In this document: one piece after another, positions 22,480 through 33,698 of the stretch | How the letters are laid out: each line of letters starts with the position of its first letter | Numbering within the stretch: the first letter of the stretch is position 1 | Origin: Vicugna vicugna | Lineage: Eukaryota | Assembly (NCBI GenBank): GCA_013265495.1 | Contig: MU057951.1 | Coordinates: 345,599-396,955 of the forward strand | DNA: 51,357 nucleotides | Direction of reading: 5' to 3' | Notes under the pieces: model-generated | Told to the model about the DNA's origin: nothing | Seen by the model: the letters and a program-made list of their open reading frames with translations, nothing else | Databases searched by the model: none | Made by a program: the position numbers and the translations under genes

Positions 22480-25330
22480 AAATGCTTTTTTCAGATGAAA
22501 AATACTGTGTATTTAATATAATAAGTCTTAAAAAAGGGGGCAAAAGAGGCTATCCTGGTCCCACTACTCAGAGATAATAATTAAAACTTTAGCATCTAGT
22601 TTCTATTCTTTTCATCGGTATGTATCACCTCTGTCATAAAAACCAGCGAGCACACTGTGCCTGTTTACTGTGTGGAGACCGCCATTTTCCATTCGGCTTA
22701 TTACATGTTTTTTCTACAATATTCTATCTCCCCTGGCATGATTTTTAATGACCAGTATAGCATTCTGTCTTGTGGAAGCATCGTCCGTTTTACTTCGGAC
22801 TTAAATAAACTAAGTTCCAAGTATACTTAACTGAAATACTGAAAAGAGAACAGCGATGGTACCGAAAGGCCCCTACCTCTCTTCCCCTTATTTCCTGAGA
22901 GTAAAAGCTGTTGAAAATGTGGTGTATATATTTCATGACCTTTTTGCCTATGACATATATATATATATAACACACACAAAAACACGCATGTATATGAGAA
23001 ATCTATGTATATGTGTGTGTATATATGCTTTATTGAAAAATAAGGCCATACTATATGTTTTCTGCTGCTTGCCTTATTCACTCAGGGGTATATCATAGGC
23101 GTCCTCCCACTCCAGACTCACACGGTCCTTTCAGAGTGGAGGGGTCTCCTGATGTGCAGGTGCAGTCTCTTGTGTAAGGACACCTTTAGTGGGAGAGTGC
23201 TGTGGACAAGGCCCGGGACCACGCTGAAACGCCGACCCCTCAGTGCCCACAGCTCGCTGTGATTTAACGCATCATTGTCTTGATGGTGGACACTTAAGTT
23301 TTCTCCATTTTCCACTGTCAGAAAGGATGTTTGACTGGCATCCTTCTTGTACAGACATTCCTGTGATCTTGTATTAGTATTCCTTTAGTTAAGGCTTCTG
23401 GAAATTTAGTCCCTGTGTGAGCTGGTGTTGAGATGAGTTAAGGCCGTGGGACCCAAGGCCATGATCAGAGCATGTTTGTAGTATGCAGTAAATAATTGCT
23501 CCACGCATGCGTCAATTATATAAGATTTAGAACAAAGAAAATAGAAGTACGCATGTGCTAGAGATATTCTGTAAGCCTAATGAACAAAGAAACTCAGACC
23601 ACNNNNNNNNNNNNNNNNNNNNNNNNNNNNNNNNNNNNNNNNNNNNNNNNNNNNNNNNNNNNNNNNNNNNNNNNNNNNNNNNNNNNNNNNAGTCTGTCCA
23701 ATGGCAACACCTCGTGCATTTTTTCGTTTGGGCCGCTCACCTCCTAGAACCCCACATCAGCCTCCCTCGGCTGACACCCTGGATGTGACATTTACATTCA
23801 TCACAGGCTCCTTTCATGTGACTCTAGAAATTCCTTCTCCACTGAGGAATGAAAAGATGTAGAATAACTTATGTAACCAATTCTCTATCGCTGGATATGA
23901 TTTCACTTCAGCTTTTCTTCCCACCATTGTAAACAGCTCTGTGTAAATGCCCTGATGAGTACATCTTTTTGAGCTGATTTCTTTTTTTCTAAACGAAACA
24001 ATTCCTTGAACTGGAGTTGAGTCAGTGTGTACGCACGGTTTTTAGAGTTTACACATTTATTGACATATCGTCCTCCAAAAAGTTCTCTCACAGTTTGTTC
24101 TCCCACAGATGGACACTAGCTAGAATACGTTTTACAAATATTTGCCCATATGATGAGCAAAAGTGCCTTTTCATTGTTTTAGTTTGCATTTGATGGCCAG
24201 TGACATACTGAGCATTTTTCACTCATTAGCCATTTGAATTTTTAAAAATGAATGATCCCTTTTGTTCTTTGCACACAGTTAAGTGAGGGAGCTTATTGTT
24301 GCTTTATGACAGCTCTTTGTATGTTATGAACATTAACCCCTTGTCTTCATCAACATGTACCACGCAGCTTTTTCTTGTCATTTCTTGCCTTTCATTTTGT
24401 TCAGTAGGTTTTTTTATTTTTGTTGTGGCCCGAAATATTCTTAAGATAGTAAATGTCTTCCTTATGGGTTTTATCTTTGGTATTATTCTTAAAAATACTT
24501 TCTTATAATGGAATAATTCTCTTCTGTATGTTTTTTAATCTCTAAGATGGAGGTGATAATAGTACTTGTTATAGTGAGGGTAAGTTGAGTTAATATGAGC
24601 AAAGTGTTATATTTACTGTTATTATTACTTTTTAATATTTACATTACTATCTGTAATTTTTCCTGTCATCATTATGACAGGAATAGAATTTATTCTTTCC
24701 AGGTGATTCCCTGATTGTCCCAGGACAATTATTGAATTCATATTTATCTCTTTGATTTGAAATCCCACCTGTACAAAATACTTATGCACACTAGAGTCTC
24801 TTTTGGAGCTCATGGTTCCTTTCTGTCAATCTTCCTTTCTTATTCCAGCACCATATCTTACATATTGTAAAAAAATATTTAATATTTGACAGTGTGATTT
24901 GTTTTTGATTCTTTTCTTCCATCACAAATTTTCTTGGCCAGTATTATCACTTTATTATACCTGAAGAATTCAAAAATATTTTGCTCAAGTTAAAGAAAAT
25001 CAGATAAGAGTTTTCATGGGATATTTTAGTAAGTTTTGAATTATTTTTAGGATAACTTATATCTTTATAAAACTGCCTTCCTCCATACAATATGTTGATG
25101 TCTCTACATTTACACCTCTTATTTTATCCTACAGTACAGTCCTGTAGTTTTTTTCATTTAAAACATGGGCATAATTTTTGAGTTTATTCCAGATTATTGT
25201 TTATGTTTTTGTTATTTTTGTAAGTGAGAATTGTTTTCTATTGTATTTTCTAACTGCTTAAAACTGACACCTAGAATGGCAGATTCAGTTTGTAAATACT
25301 CACTTTGTAACTTGCCATTTAAAATTGGAA
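22480..25330 (-). mobile_element. Highly decayed ancient L1 (L1ME-like) fragments, interrupted by a solo LTR
   Basis: Patches such as 'tcattgttttagtttgcattt', 'tgagcatttttcactcattagccattt', 'gatggtggacacttaagttttctcca'; boundaries approximate. Confidence 0.6.
23416..23776 (+). mobile_element. Solo LTR of the ERV-S family (contains an 88-N assembly gap)
   Basis: Reverse complement of the 11218-11596 LTR; TG...CA ends; 5-bp TSD CCCTG (23411-23415, 23777-23781); N run 23603-23690. Confidence 0.93.
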
Positions 25331-25744
25331 GTATTAAGTACATGTTCCAGAATCCTTTCTATTCTGTTTTTAAAAATTTGTTTCCAAGATTATCAAAATG
25401 GTCATAGCTAAGTAGCATAGGTGGGGAGACAAATGGGGAGAGATAGTGTGGCTCATGTACAAACTGTGAGAAGATTCATGGCTGCCTTTAGGCTGGAGAA
25501 GCCCCAGAAGAACCCAGGATAGACAAGGGGTGGCTTTGTATGCACTTGAAAGCCAGCTTTCCTGCCTTTATGGAGAAGCCTGGTGGGCGTGGCAGATAGA
25601 TGATCAAGGTCCGATGAAGGTCATTGGCTGCACACAGTGCTGTGTCTGTGAGAACTGGAGACCACTGCCATGGGAAATGCTTGGTGCCAGGTACACTGCA
25701 GGGGAGCTGGGAATCCTGTGTGTTAAGGATTTTCCTGTCCTGGG

Positions 25745-25950
25745 AGTGGGAAGATCAGACTCTGCATTCAGATCTGAGTTTGAATTCATCCTCTCTTTTC
25801 TACTGGTCCTCTGACTTTTGTCAAGTTATATACACTCTTTGAACTCCTGTTTTCTTGTCTCTCAAAACAGAAGAATTACAGCCTGCTGCTAGAGTGTTTG
25901 TTCAGGGTAAATAATTTGTGTCTATAAGATGCCACGTACAGTCACAAGCT
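25745..25950 (+). mobile_element. MIR SINE fragment
   Basis: 'tcagatctgagtttgaatt...tactggtcctctgacttttgtcaagttat...ctctttgaactcctgttttcttgtctctcaaaacag'. Confidence 0.6.
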
Positions 25951-26253
25951 CCGTGAGAAATAGGCTGTAACTTCTTCTGCAACTCAGTGCTCGTCAAGAC
26001 ACAGGGGGAAAGCCAGTTCCCAATTTGTGTGTGATGCAAGTAGGAACAAAATTAATGTTTTGCCTTTCCCTAGCAGTATTCTTTCTCTTTTGCTTCATTT
26101 ACCTCTTTCCTCCTTTCCTTTCCCTTCCTCCAGCAAAAGAGCCTGAGACTCTCTGAGAACACTAGATTCAAATTACTTTAAAGGTTGGCTCATCCACTTG
26201 AAATGACAGTGACATAAAAAAATCTGTTCACATCCCAGACTTTACTGTATTTG

Positions 26254-26257
<4 letters not shown>

Positions 26258-26286
<29 letters not shown>
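26258..26286 (+). repeat. (CA)n microsatellite
   Basis: About 14 uninterrupted AC units. Confidence 0.95.
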
Positions 26287-26287
<1 letters not shown>

Positions 26288-26994
26288 CAGGCTACCTCCC
26301 ACTTGCTGAGGGAGAAGGACCACTTTTGCTGAGTTTTCATTCACTGAGAGTGAGAGCAAAGTCTCTTAAGCAGACTCTCTCCTGGCTTCATGCATGTTTT
26401 TTTATTGGATTTCTCTGTGGCCATAGAATTATTCTCCTATTAGAAGAGAGGAAGTGGAGACATAGAGATTCTACTGAGACATCGTTGTCACCATATTTGA
26501 GTTGGAAAGGACTTAAGACAGCATAGAGTCATAACTTTTTATGGGTGAGAATCCATGAAAGTGTAACTTGGACAAGAACCTGGGTCTTCTGCCCTCATAT
26601 CCATGCGGATGAAGAGGCAACTGGTTGCAGTATGGCAGGGATCCTTCTTTCTTGAATTCCAGGGTCTTGCTAGTTTTCATTGCTCAGCTGCCTTTAGTTT
26701 AGGACCAGGTGGCCTCTCATGGGAAGGTCACTCTGTCCTGATAGATTGAGTTTCTTATCAGCAAAAAGCTCTGGACCCACTCACATTTCCCAGAGTTTTT
26801 CTGCTGACCTGCTGACACTTTATGTAAATGAGACCTAAGAAAACTACTGGATATAAAATCCTTATTGTTATCATTTGCCCTCGAGTTTCATAGGAATGGG
26901 GTGCTGTCTCAGGCTAAGGCTAGATCTGAACAAAGATACGGTGATAGGCTGTGCTGCTGGACCATCACAAGTGGAATGGGATTTCCACCTTAGT

Positions 26995-27220
26995 TTTTAG
27001 AATCAGGTAGACGAGTTCAAATCTTGCCTTTACCAGTTACTAGCTTTGTGACCTTGAGGAAGATAGTTTACTTTTTTGTGTCCAATTTTCTTTATCTGTA
27101 AATAAGTTCTGTATTTATCTTAAGGTTTTTGTTTTAGAATTGAATGAGCTAATTCCCTCATTTATACCTAAAATACTGATTGCGTGGTTCTGTGCTGGTG
27201 CCTTGGTAGTTGATTACTAA
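26995..27220 (+). mobile_element. MIR SINE fragment
   Basis: 'gagttcaaatcttgcctttaccagttactagctttgtgaccttgagga...ttttctttatctgtaaat'. Confidence 0.75.
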
Positions 27221-27692
27221 GGGAGTTGGCAATGAGAATGGGGGTGGGGACCACAGGATCATAGAGCTTATATTTCAGGATATGCTTGTTAAAGACTGGA
27301 TGTGCAGTGGATTTTTAGTAAATGTCCATTCTTTTCCAAATCCCCATTGATTGTATATATATATATATAAAACAAAAATATGTGAAATTAATGATTTGAT
27401 TTATATTTTCCTTTCAATAAGCAGAACAAAAGAAAATAGAAAACAAAGATAAAAAGTTTTGAAGGACTAGAAATAATTTTATTTCCATGGAATCATGTCT
27501 CTATATTAAGTTTTTTGGGTTTTTTGTTAAACGGCATGTAAAATTAATATGTTGTGACTTCAGTGTTGATAGCTAGGTGAGTTTCTTGTTATTCTTGTCT
27601 TTGATGAATTATTTGCACTAGATCATAAATGATGTGCATGCTACATATTGGAAATGAGGAAAAAGTGGAGACATACTACCTCCAATGTATTT

Positions 27693-28228
27693 TGTTACCG
27701 AGTCCAAACTCGTTCCGCTTGCCACATGACAGGCCAATAAATTGGGAGGTGAGGTGTTGGGGCAAGGAATAGTGACTTTATTTGAAAAGCTGGTAGACCC
27801 AGAAGATGGCAGACTGATGTCCTGGAGAACCCTCTTCCCCAAGTCAGAATTCAGGCTCATTATATACTGAAAAGGGGAGGGGGTGTGGTTGGTTGTTGCA
27901 AACTTCTTGCTGTACGAATTGTTTGTCCTTGGTATCCATTGTTCTTGCAGCAGTCCATGTGGGTCAAATCATGGTGCCCCTGTAAAACCTCCAACAAAAC
28001 AAAGGTTATTCTCTATTTTGCAACTTGAAATTCTCTACTTAAGTGCAGAAGAGCTAACATCCTTAAAGATCAGAGCCCGGAGAATAGGCTCTCCTGTATA
28101 TTTCAGGCTAAAGGCAACTTTCTTTCACAAAAGATGCAGAGCTAGCAAGTCTGAGCCTAGAAAACAGGGCACAGGTTTAAAGCCCAAGGAACACATCTAA
28201 CACGGAGTCAGATTTCTTTCCTATTACA
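27693..28228 (-). mobile_element. ERV1-type solo LTR (536 bp)
   Basis: TG...CA ends (tgttacc...attaca); 4-bp TSD ATTT (27689-27692, 28229-28232); AATAAA and TATATAA on minus strand; unrelated to the other LTRs here. Confidence 0.88.
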
Positions 28229-30079
28229 ATTTCTTTTTCCATCTCATAAATAATTTTAGTAAGAAATATAAGCAATTTTGTATTTTTGCTTCTTAATAAC
28301 CAATAAGTGGGCTGACTACATTTTTGTCAGCAGGGATGCTGTGCGGGCCTTGGGATCTCAGCAAATTCTTGTTGAGGGTGGTTGACCCCACAACATGTCT
28401 AATGCCCCCAGGAGTGTTGGTGAGTGTCCCTCCAGCCTGGGGCTCTATTCAGGAACCAGCATATGGGCATTTACATCTGGAGACCTCTTTTTCGGCTGCA
28501 GGAAATTTTTTCAGATACTGTGATTGAAAAATCACTCCAGCTGGGGATAATTAGGGAATAAAGGAAGAGGAAAAGGGCTTGAGTAGAGTAGATGAGAAGG
28601 ACAGAAGATCAGTGTGCCTGGGGGCTTGGCAGCGGGGCCTAGGGAGAGAGGGGAGCAGAGGTGGGGAGGGGCCCGGCTCCGGAACTAGCTCCTGCACCTG
28701 TCCCCGCGCCCAAGCCACACAGCTTTTAATTGGCCCAGGACGATCTCCTGTCTGGATGTCACCCTGGGAAGTACCTTGAGAATCGAAGGTAAGGGGTGGG
28801 CAGCACTCACCTAGGGGTTCACTGAGGACTTTGGTCAAGTCCACTGTTCCTTTTCTGGTCATGTGTCTTCACTTTCCCTTTATCTCAGGATCTGAGGAGC
28901 AGGAGCAAGGAACTCAGGGAGAGATCCAGGAAGACATCTGACTGTGTTAAGACAGGACAGATACAGTGACACGAGGAGCGAGGACTATCGCAGCAAAGTA
29001 AAATGACTTCACAACTATTGCATCAGAGCTGCAGGTGTGAGAGAGCACAAGCTTGTCTAAGAGTGCAGGGGACAAACGGAAAGAAATGGTAAAATTTCCA
29101 CTGACAATAGAAATTTTGTAAAATATCCTGCTACTGTTGGTTGTATCACTTGAATGAATGCAGGTGTATTTCTATGGGAATTTATAGGTTCACACAACCC
29201 CACCAGCCCCTCTTGCCCCCATCAGGGGTGGGTTTTCTCAAGCACAATGCCCCTCCTGCTTGGGTGGGCTACGCTGCGGGTCCTCGCCTGGGGCCGTGCT
29301 GCTGTTGGGCACTGAGTCCCCGAGGCACGGCCTGCGAGACACGACAGGAAAATCTCTGCTCTTGACTGGGGGCCTCCTTTTCCCGCTGCAGTGTAAGAAT
29401 GCCGGTGACTCAGAAGCATGCATCCAAGCCGTCCTTCCGTGTCCTCACCATCTAGAAGCAAAGCCTGAATCTTCTGAATTTCTCCAGAATGTGGTTTACA
29501 ATCACCTTCTACAAGTGAGTGTGTGTACCCTTACAAGTGGAGGAATTACTGCCGTTATCCTGGAACTTACTCGTCACTAGTCCATCTGAGTTTTCTGTGC
29601 TAGTATTCAGTATGGCATGCTAAAAATTCTGGAGTCAGATTTTGAAACCCTGATGAAGAGGATTATTTTATTTCTTTATATGATAGTCTTTTACTTTAAA
29701 ATTCAGAATTTTCAATTCTTTCAAGAATTTCGGGGGGATTTGGAGAAATAGCTTTGCTTTTACCTTCCTTGCGACCTATTGCTTTATGCCTCTAACCCTC
29801 TTCTGTCACTTGTTAGGCAGTTCCGTTTGTAATCCTGTCCAGGTTGTTCATATTATAAAACATAAAGTCTGTGAAAGTACATTTCCTTTTATTCCTAAGG
29901 CATTCCACAGATACTAGTTAAATCTGTGTGTGGTTTTAAGAAGACAGAACTATTAGAACAGGTACTTGCAGGTTGCTAGTGCAAAATCCCCAAATCAAAA
30001 GTCTGGCTAAATATCTAAAATCTTTCTAATCTACCATGGATTTCTATGGATAAGCGAAACAGTTTGCTAAGAACTCAAG

Positions 30080-30680
30080 ACCAGGTTTAGAATACAGGCT
30101 GGTGTAGCTCAGCAGGTCCTCCGGAGCTGGCGCTGTACCAGAGGGCGGGGCCGAGGGGAGAGGGCGGGTCCTGCCCTCCCTGAGCTGATAGTTTCATGGC
30201 AAAGACCTTCACCAGGTGAAGAACTTGGAGTTTCTTCTAAGAACAGTGGGTTTGAAAAGAGTCTTAAAAGCACGGGAGTGACAGAATCCCATTTGTCTCA
30301 AGTAGGGAAGAGTGGCTGGGGGGCCACTGGGAGACTCCTGAGTCCATGTGGGCAGTATTGGTGGCTTCCACCTGAGCGGTGGGACGGTCAGTGGGAAAAA
30401 GCAAACAGATTGAAGACATGATAGATGGTAAAAAGGAAAGGATAAATGCTGTCTGTGAAGGTAGGATGGAGTAAGGCCAGGGTTTCTGGGTGGATTAATA
30501 AGGTAAATGATGGTCCTGCTGTGCTCTGAGGAGAGAAAGCGGCAGAGGGATTTCCGGTGAAAAACTGATGAGTTCAGCTGTGGGTAAAGTGAAAGGCTGT
30601 TCGATGTGTGGTCTGGGAGCTCAGGTGAGAACCTGTAGTGAGTAGGGAGGTGGGGAGAGAGACCTGCAAATCATTTTGTC
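30080..30680 (-). mobile_element. Decayed L2 fragments
   Basis: 'gtcctgccctccctgagct', 'gtgaagaacttggagtttcttctaa', 'gatgagttcagctgtggg', 'tgggagctcaggtgaga' resemble L2 consensus patches. Confidence 0.55.
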
Positions 30681-31069
30681 TTGTGAATATACAAAAAAGT
30701 GTGAGTAATACACTTACGCATCTATATTCTGGATTTAAAACCCATTAACATATTGCTATATCGACTGCAGAGGTTCTTAATTCTTTTAATAGAAATAAAA
30801 TAAATAGAAGCAAAATAGTGGGGTTAATGAACATCTTAGAGTTGATGTGTGTCCTTGTATGTACCTTGATACCTCATCTGTTTATAACCATAATCTATTA
30901 AACATTAAATAGTTTAGCTTAAGAGTTAAACAGAGGGACGTGACACACATTGTTGGGAGCTGAAGCTGTTCTCCTTGGGCAAATTATGTAGCCTCTCTGT
31001 GCCTTAGTTCCATTTTCCTGTCCCCGGGACACTCATCACAGTTTATTTCCTAGATTAGAAGTTAGGAGG

Positions 31070-32350
31070 GGGAAGAAGACGCAAGATGGCGGAGTAGAAG
31101 GACGCTCCTAAGTCACCCTCTCCCACAAATACACCAAGACCCACATCTACAGACCCACTCAGCCAACCAGAGCACCTGCGGAACTCCAACAGATCATCGC
31201 CCTCTTCAAAAGATAAAGACGCCAAAAATCTGGTAGGAGAAAAGGAAAAAAGAAAGAACAAAAGGCAAAGCAGCGCGGGACGGGTCCCGCGGGGAGGGAG
31301 CGGCAAAGGAGGACTGGCGCTTGCTCGCTGGGTCTCCCCTCTCCAATTGAGAGGCCAGTGGGACGGAGGGGGAGCCTCCAAGGCTTGGATCTGTACAGAG
31401 CAGCCCTTGTCTGACAGAACTAAGTTAAACGGGCACAGAGCGTCCCCCCGACACCCAGCCTGAGACGCGGGCCGACAGCGGCGGGCAGGGCCAGGCTGCA
31501 CAAGCCGGGCGGAGGACGGGGGCGGCTACACGGAGGCAGCTCCGGGGGACTGCAAGGGGCTGGGCGCCGGGGCTGTGGGTGTACAGGACAGAACAACCTG
31601 GGCCCTCCATAAAACAGCAAGGTTGACGTGCTTTCGGGGGAAGGGTGCAAACCCCCATCTCTGAAAACCCGCGGAAACTTTTCAGGGGAAGAGAGGCGGG
31701 GCCCAGGCACAGCTGCCATATTCTCCGGCGCTTAGCACCCAGGCAGGGGCGGGGGCGAAACCTGCATCCATACCGAAGGGCTTTGCAGCGACAAAGGCCA
31801 GACTGAGACGGGCCTACAGCCCGGGGCAGGTGGGATCCTTCCATCCTTGTCTCTCTGAGAACTTGCTCCAAGGGGACAGGCAAGGAGCTGAGTCTTGGCT
31901 CGGAGCAGGGACGAGCCTGCCCCTCGGTCTTCCCCGAGCCCACCCGCGGAGCGCCGACCAGGGCGGAGCGCGACCAGGGCGGAGCGCGCAGCCGCACAGA
32001 GCAGTGGAGCTACCGGTGGCGCAGGCAGAGGGAGAGCGGCCCCCCGCCTGTCGGGCAGGAACAAAGCCCCTGACCGAGGTGCTGGGAGGGGGCACGACCC
32101 GCCCTCCTGCCTGGCCAGTCTGCAACATCTGACTGCGGCATCCGGAGGGGCAGTGACCCGCCCGCCCGCAGCACAGGAGAGCTGCATCTGACCCCGTGTT
32201 AGGAGGAGGCGCGATCTGCTTGCCGACAGGTGCTGGGAGCAGCACAGAAGAGGGCGCCAACGGAGGGCCTATGAAAACAAGCTGAGCTTCCAAAACAGGA
32301 CGAAGACAGAAGGACTTCACATTAAAAGCACACAGACTCCAGGAGAACAC
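31070..32350 (+). promoter_or_regulatory. L1 5'UTR internal promoter / CpG island
   Basis: Dense CpGs; YY1 motif at 31083-31092; 16-bp tandem repeat cgaccagggcggagcg at 31955-31986. Confidence 0.8.
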
Positions 32351-32795
32351 CGACAACCCCTTTTTTTTGTTTTTTTTTTGTTTTGTTTTTTTGGTTATTT
32401 TTTTAAATCTGTTTTCACCTGTTCTATTTTCAATTACTCTCTTAATTTTTACTTCTTAATTCATTTCTATTTCTCTTGGGTTTTGATGTCCTGTTATTGA
32501 TTAGACACAGGTTTCAAATACATCTATTCATCTCCCCACCCCTTTTTTTTAAAGGTTTTAAAAGGACGTCTCAACCCGATTAATACTCTGCTTCAACTTG
32601 CTCTTCTATTATTCAGTATACACTGTTTTCAAACCCTCTTTCTCCCTTCTTTTAAAAACTTTTCTCTCTCTCTCTTACTTTTTTCTTTTTTTTCCTTTTT
32701 TCTAAGTTCTATTCCTAAATAGGCATTAGATAGATAAAATCCTTAAGAACCAAAATAGACAACTGACACTCCATAAACCACAGTGCCAGAGAGGT

Positions 32796-33698
32796 ATGAG
32801 CAAGATGAAGAAGCAGAGAAACCTTTCCCAATTAAAAGAACAAGAGGAATTCCCTGAAAGGAAGATCAATGAAATAGACATCGATAGCCTACTATATCAA
32901 GATTTCAAAAAAGGAGTGATCAAATTGCAGAAGGAATTAAAAGAGATAGTGTTAAGAGATATAAAATATGTCAAAAATGAAATTGAAGCTATAAAGAAGA
33001 GCCAAGTAGAATGAGTAAACTCATTGACAGAGATGAGGAATGATCTAATAGCTGTGCAAAGCTGACTAGTAAATGCAGAGGAACGAATTAGTGATCTAGA
33101 AGACAGGGCAACAGAAAGCACACATTCAGAAGAACTACAAGATAAGCAAATAAAAAATAATGAAAATAGCATAAGGGACCTATGGGATAATATAAAGTAT
33201 CCCAATCTTCGCATAATAGGGGTCCTAGAAGGGGAAGAATGATCAAAGGGGATTGAAAAGGTTTTTGAAGAAATCATGACTGAAAACTTCCCAAACTTAA
33301 AGAAGGAATCAGATATCCAAGTACAGGAAGCTCAGAGGGTCCCAAACAGGAAGAATCCAAATAGACCCACACCAAGACATATCATAATCAAGATGGCCAG
33401 AGTCAAGGATAAAGAAATGATTCTAAAGGCAGCAAGAGAAAAGCAAAGAGTGAATTACAAGGGAACCCCCATAAGGCCCTCAGCTAATTTCTCTACACAA
33501 ACACTACAGGCCATAAGGGAGTGGCCAGGTATATTCAAAGCCCTGAATGAAAAAAAGATGCAGCCTAGGATACTTTATCCAGCAAGGCTATCCTTTAGCA
33601 TAGAAGGAGAAATAAAGAGTTTCACAGACAAAAAAAAGCTGCAGAAGTTTAGCAACAGTAAACCCATGCTAAAAAGGATATTGAAAGGGCTATTCTAA
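32796..33698 (+). pseudogene. ORF1: L1 ORF1p (300 codons, frame intact, three TGA stops)
   Basis: MSKMKKQRNLSQLKEQ, coiled coil, NLRIIGV, ENFPNL, RPTPRHIIIKM, YPARLSF motifs; stops at 33012, 33063, 33240. Confidence 0.93.

Noticed and set aside
28350..28545. Possible MER5-like DNA transposon relic
   Set aside because: Terminal inverted repeats and TSD not identifiable by eye.
31055..32356. Several overlapping 100-190 aa ORFs on both strands
   Set aside because: Expected from the stop-poor, GC-rich L1 5'UTR; low-complexity translations and mostly non-ATG starts.
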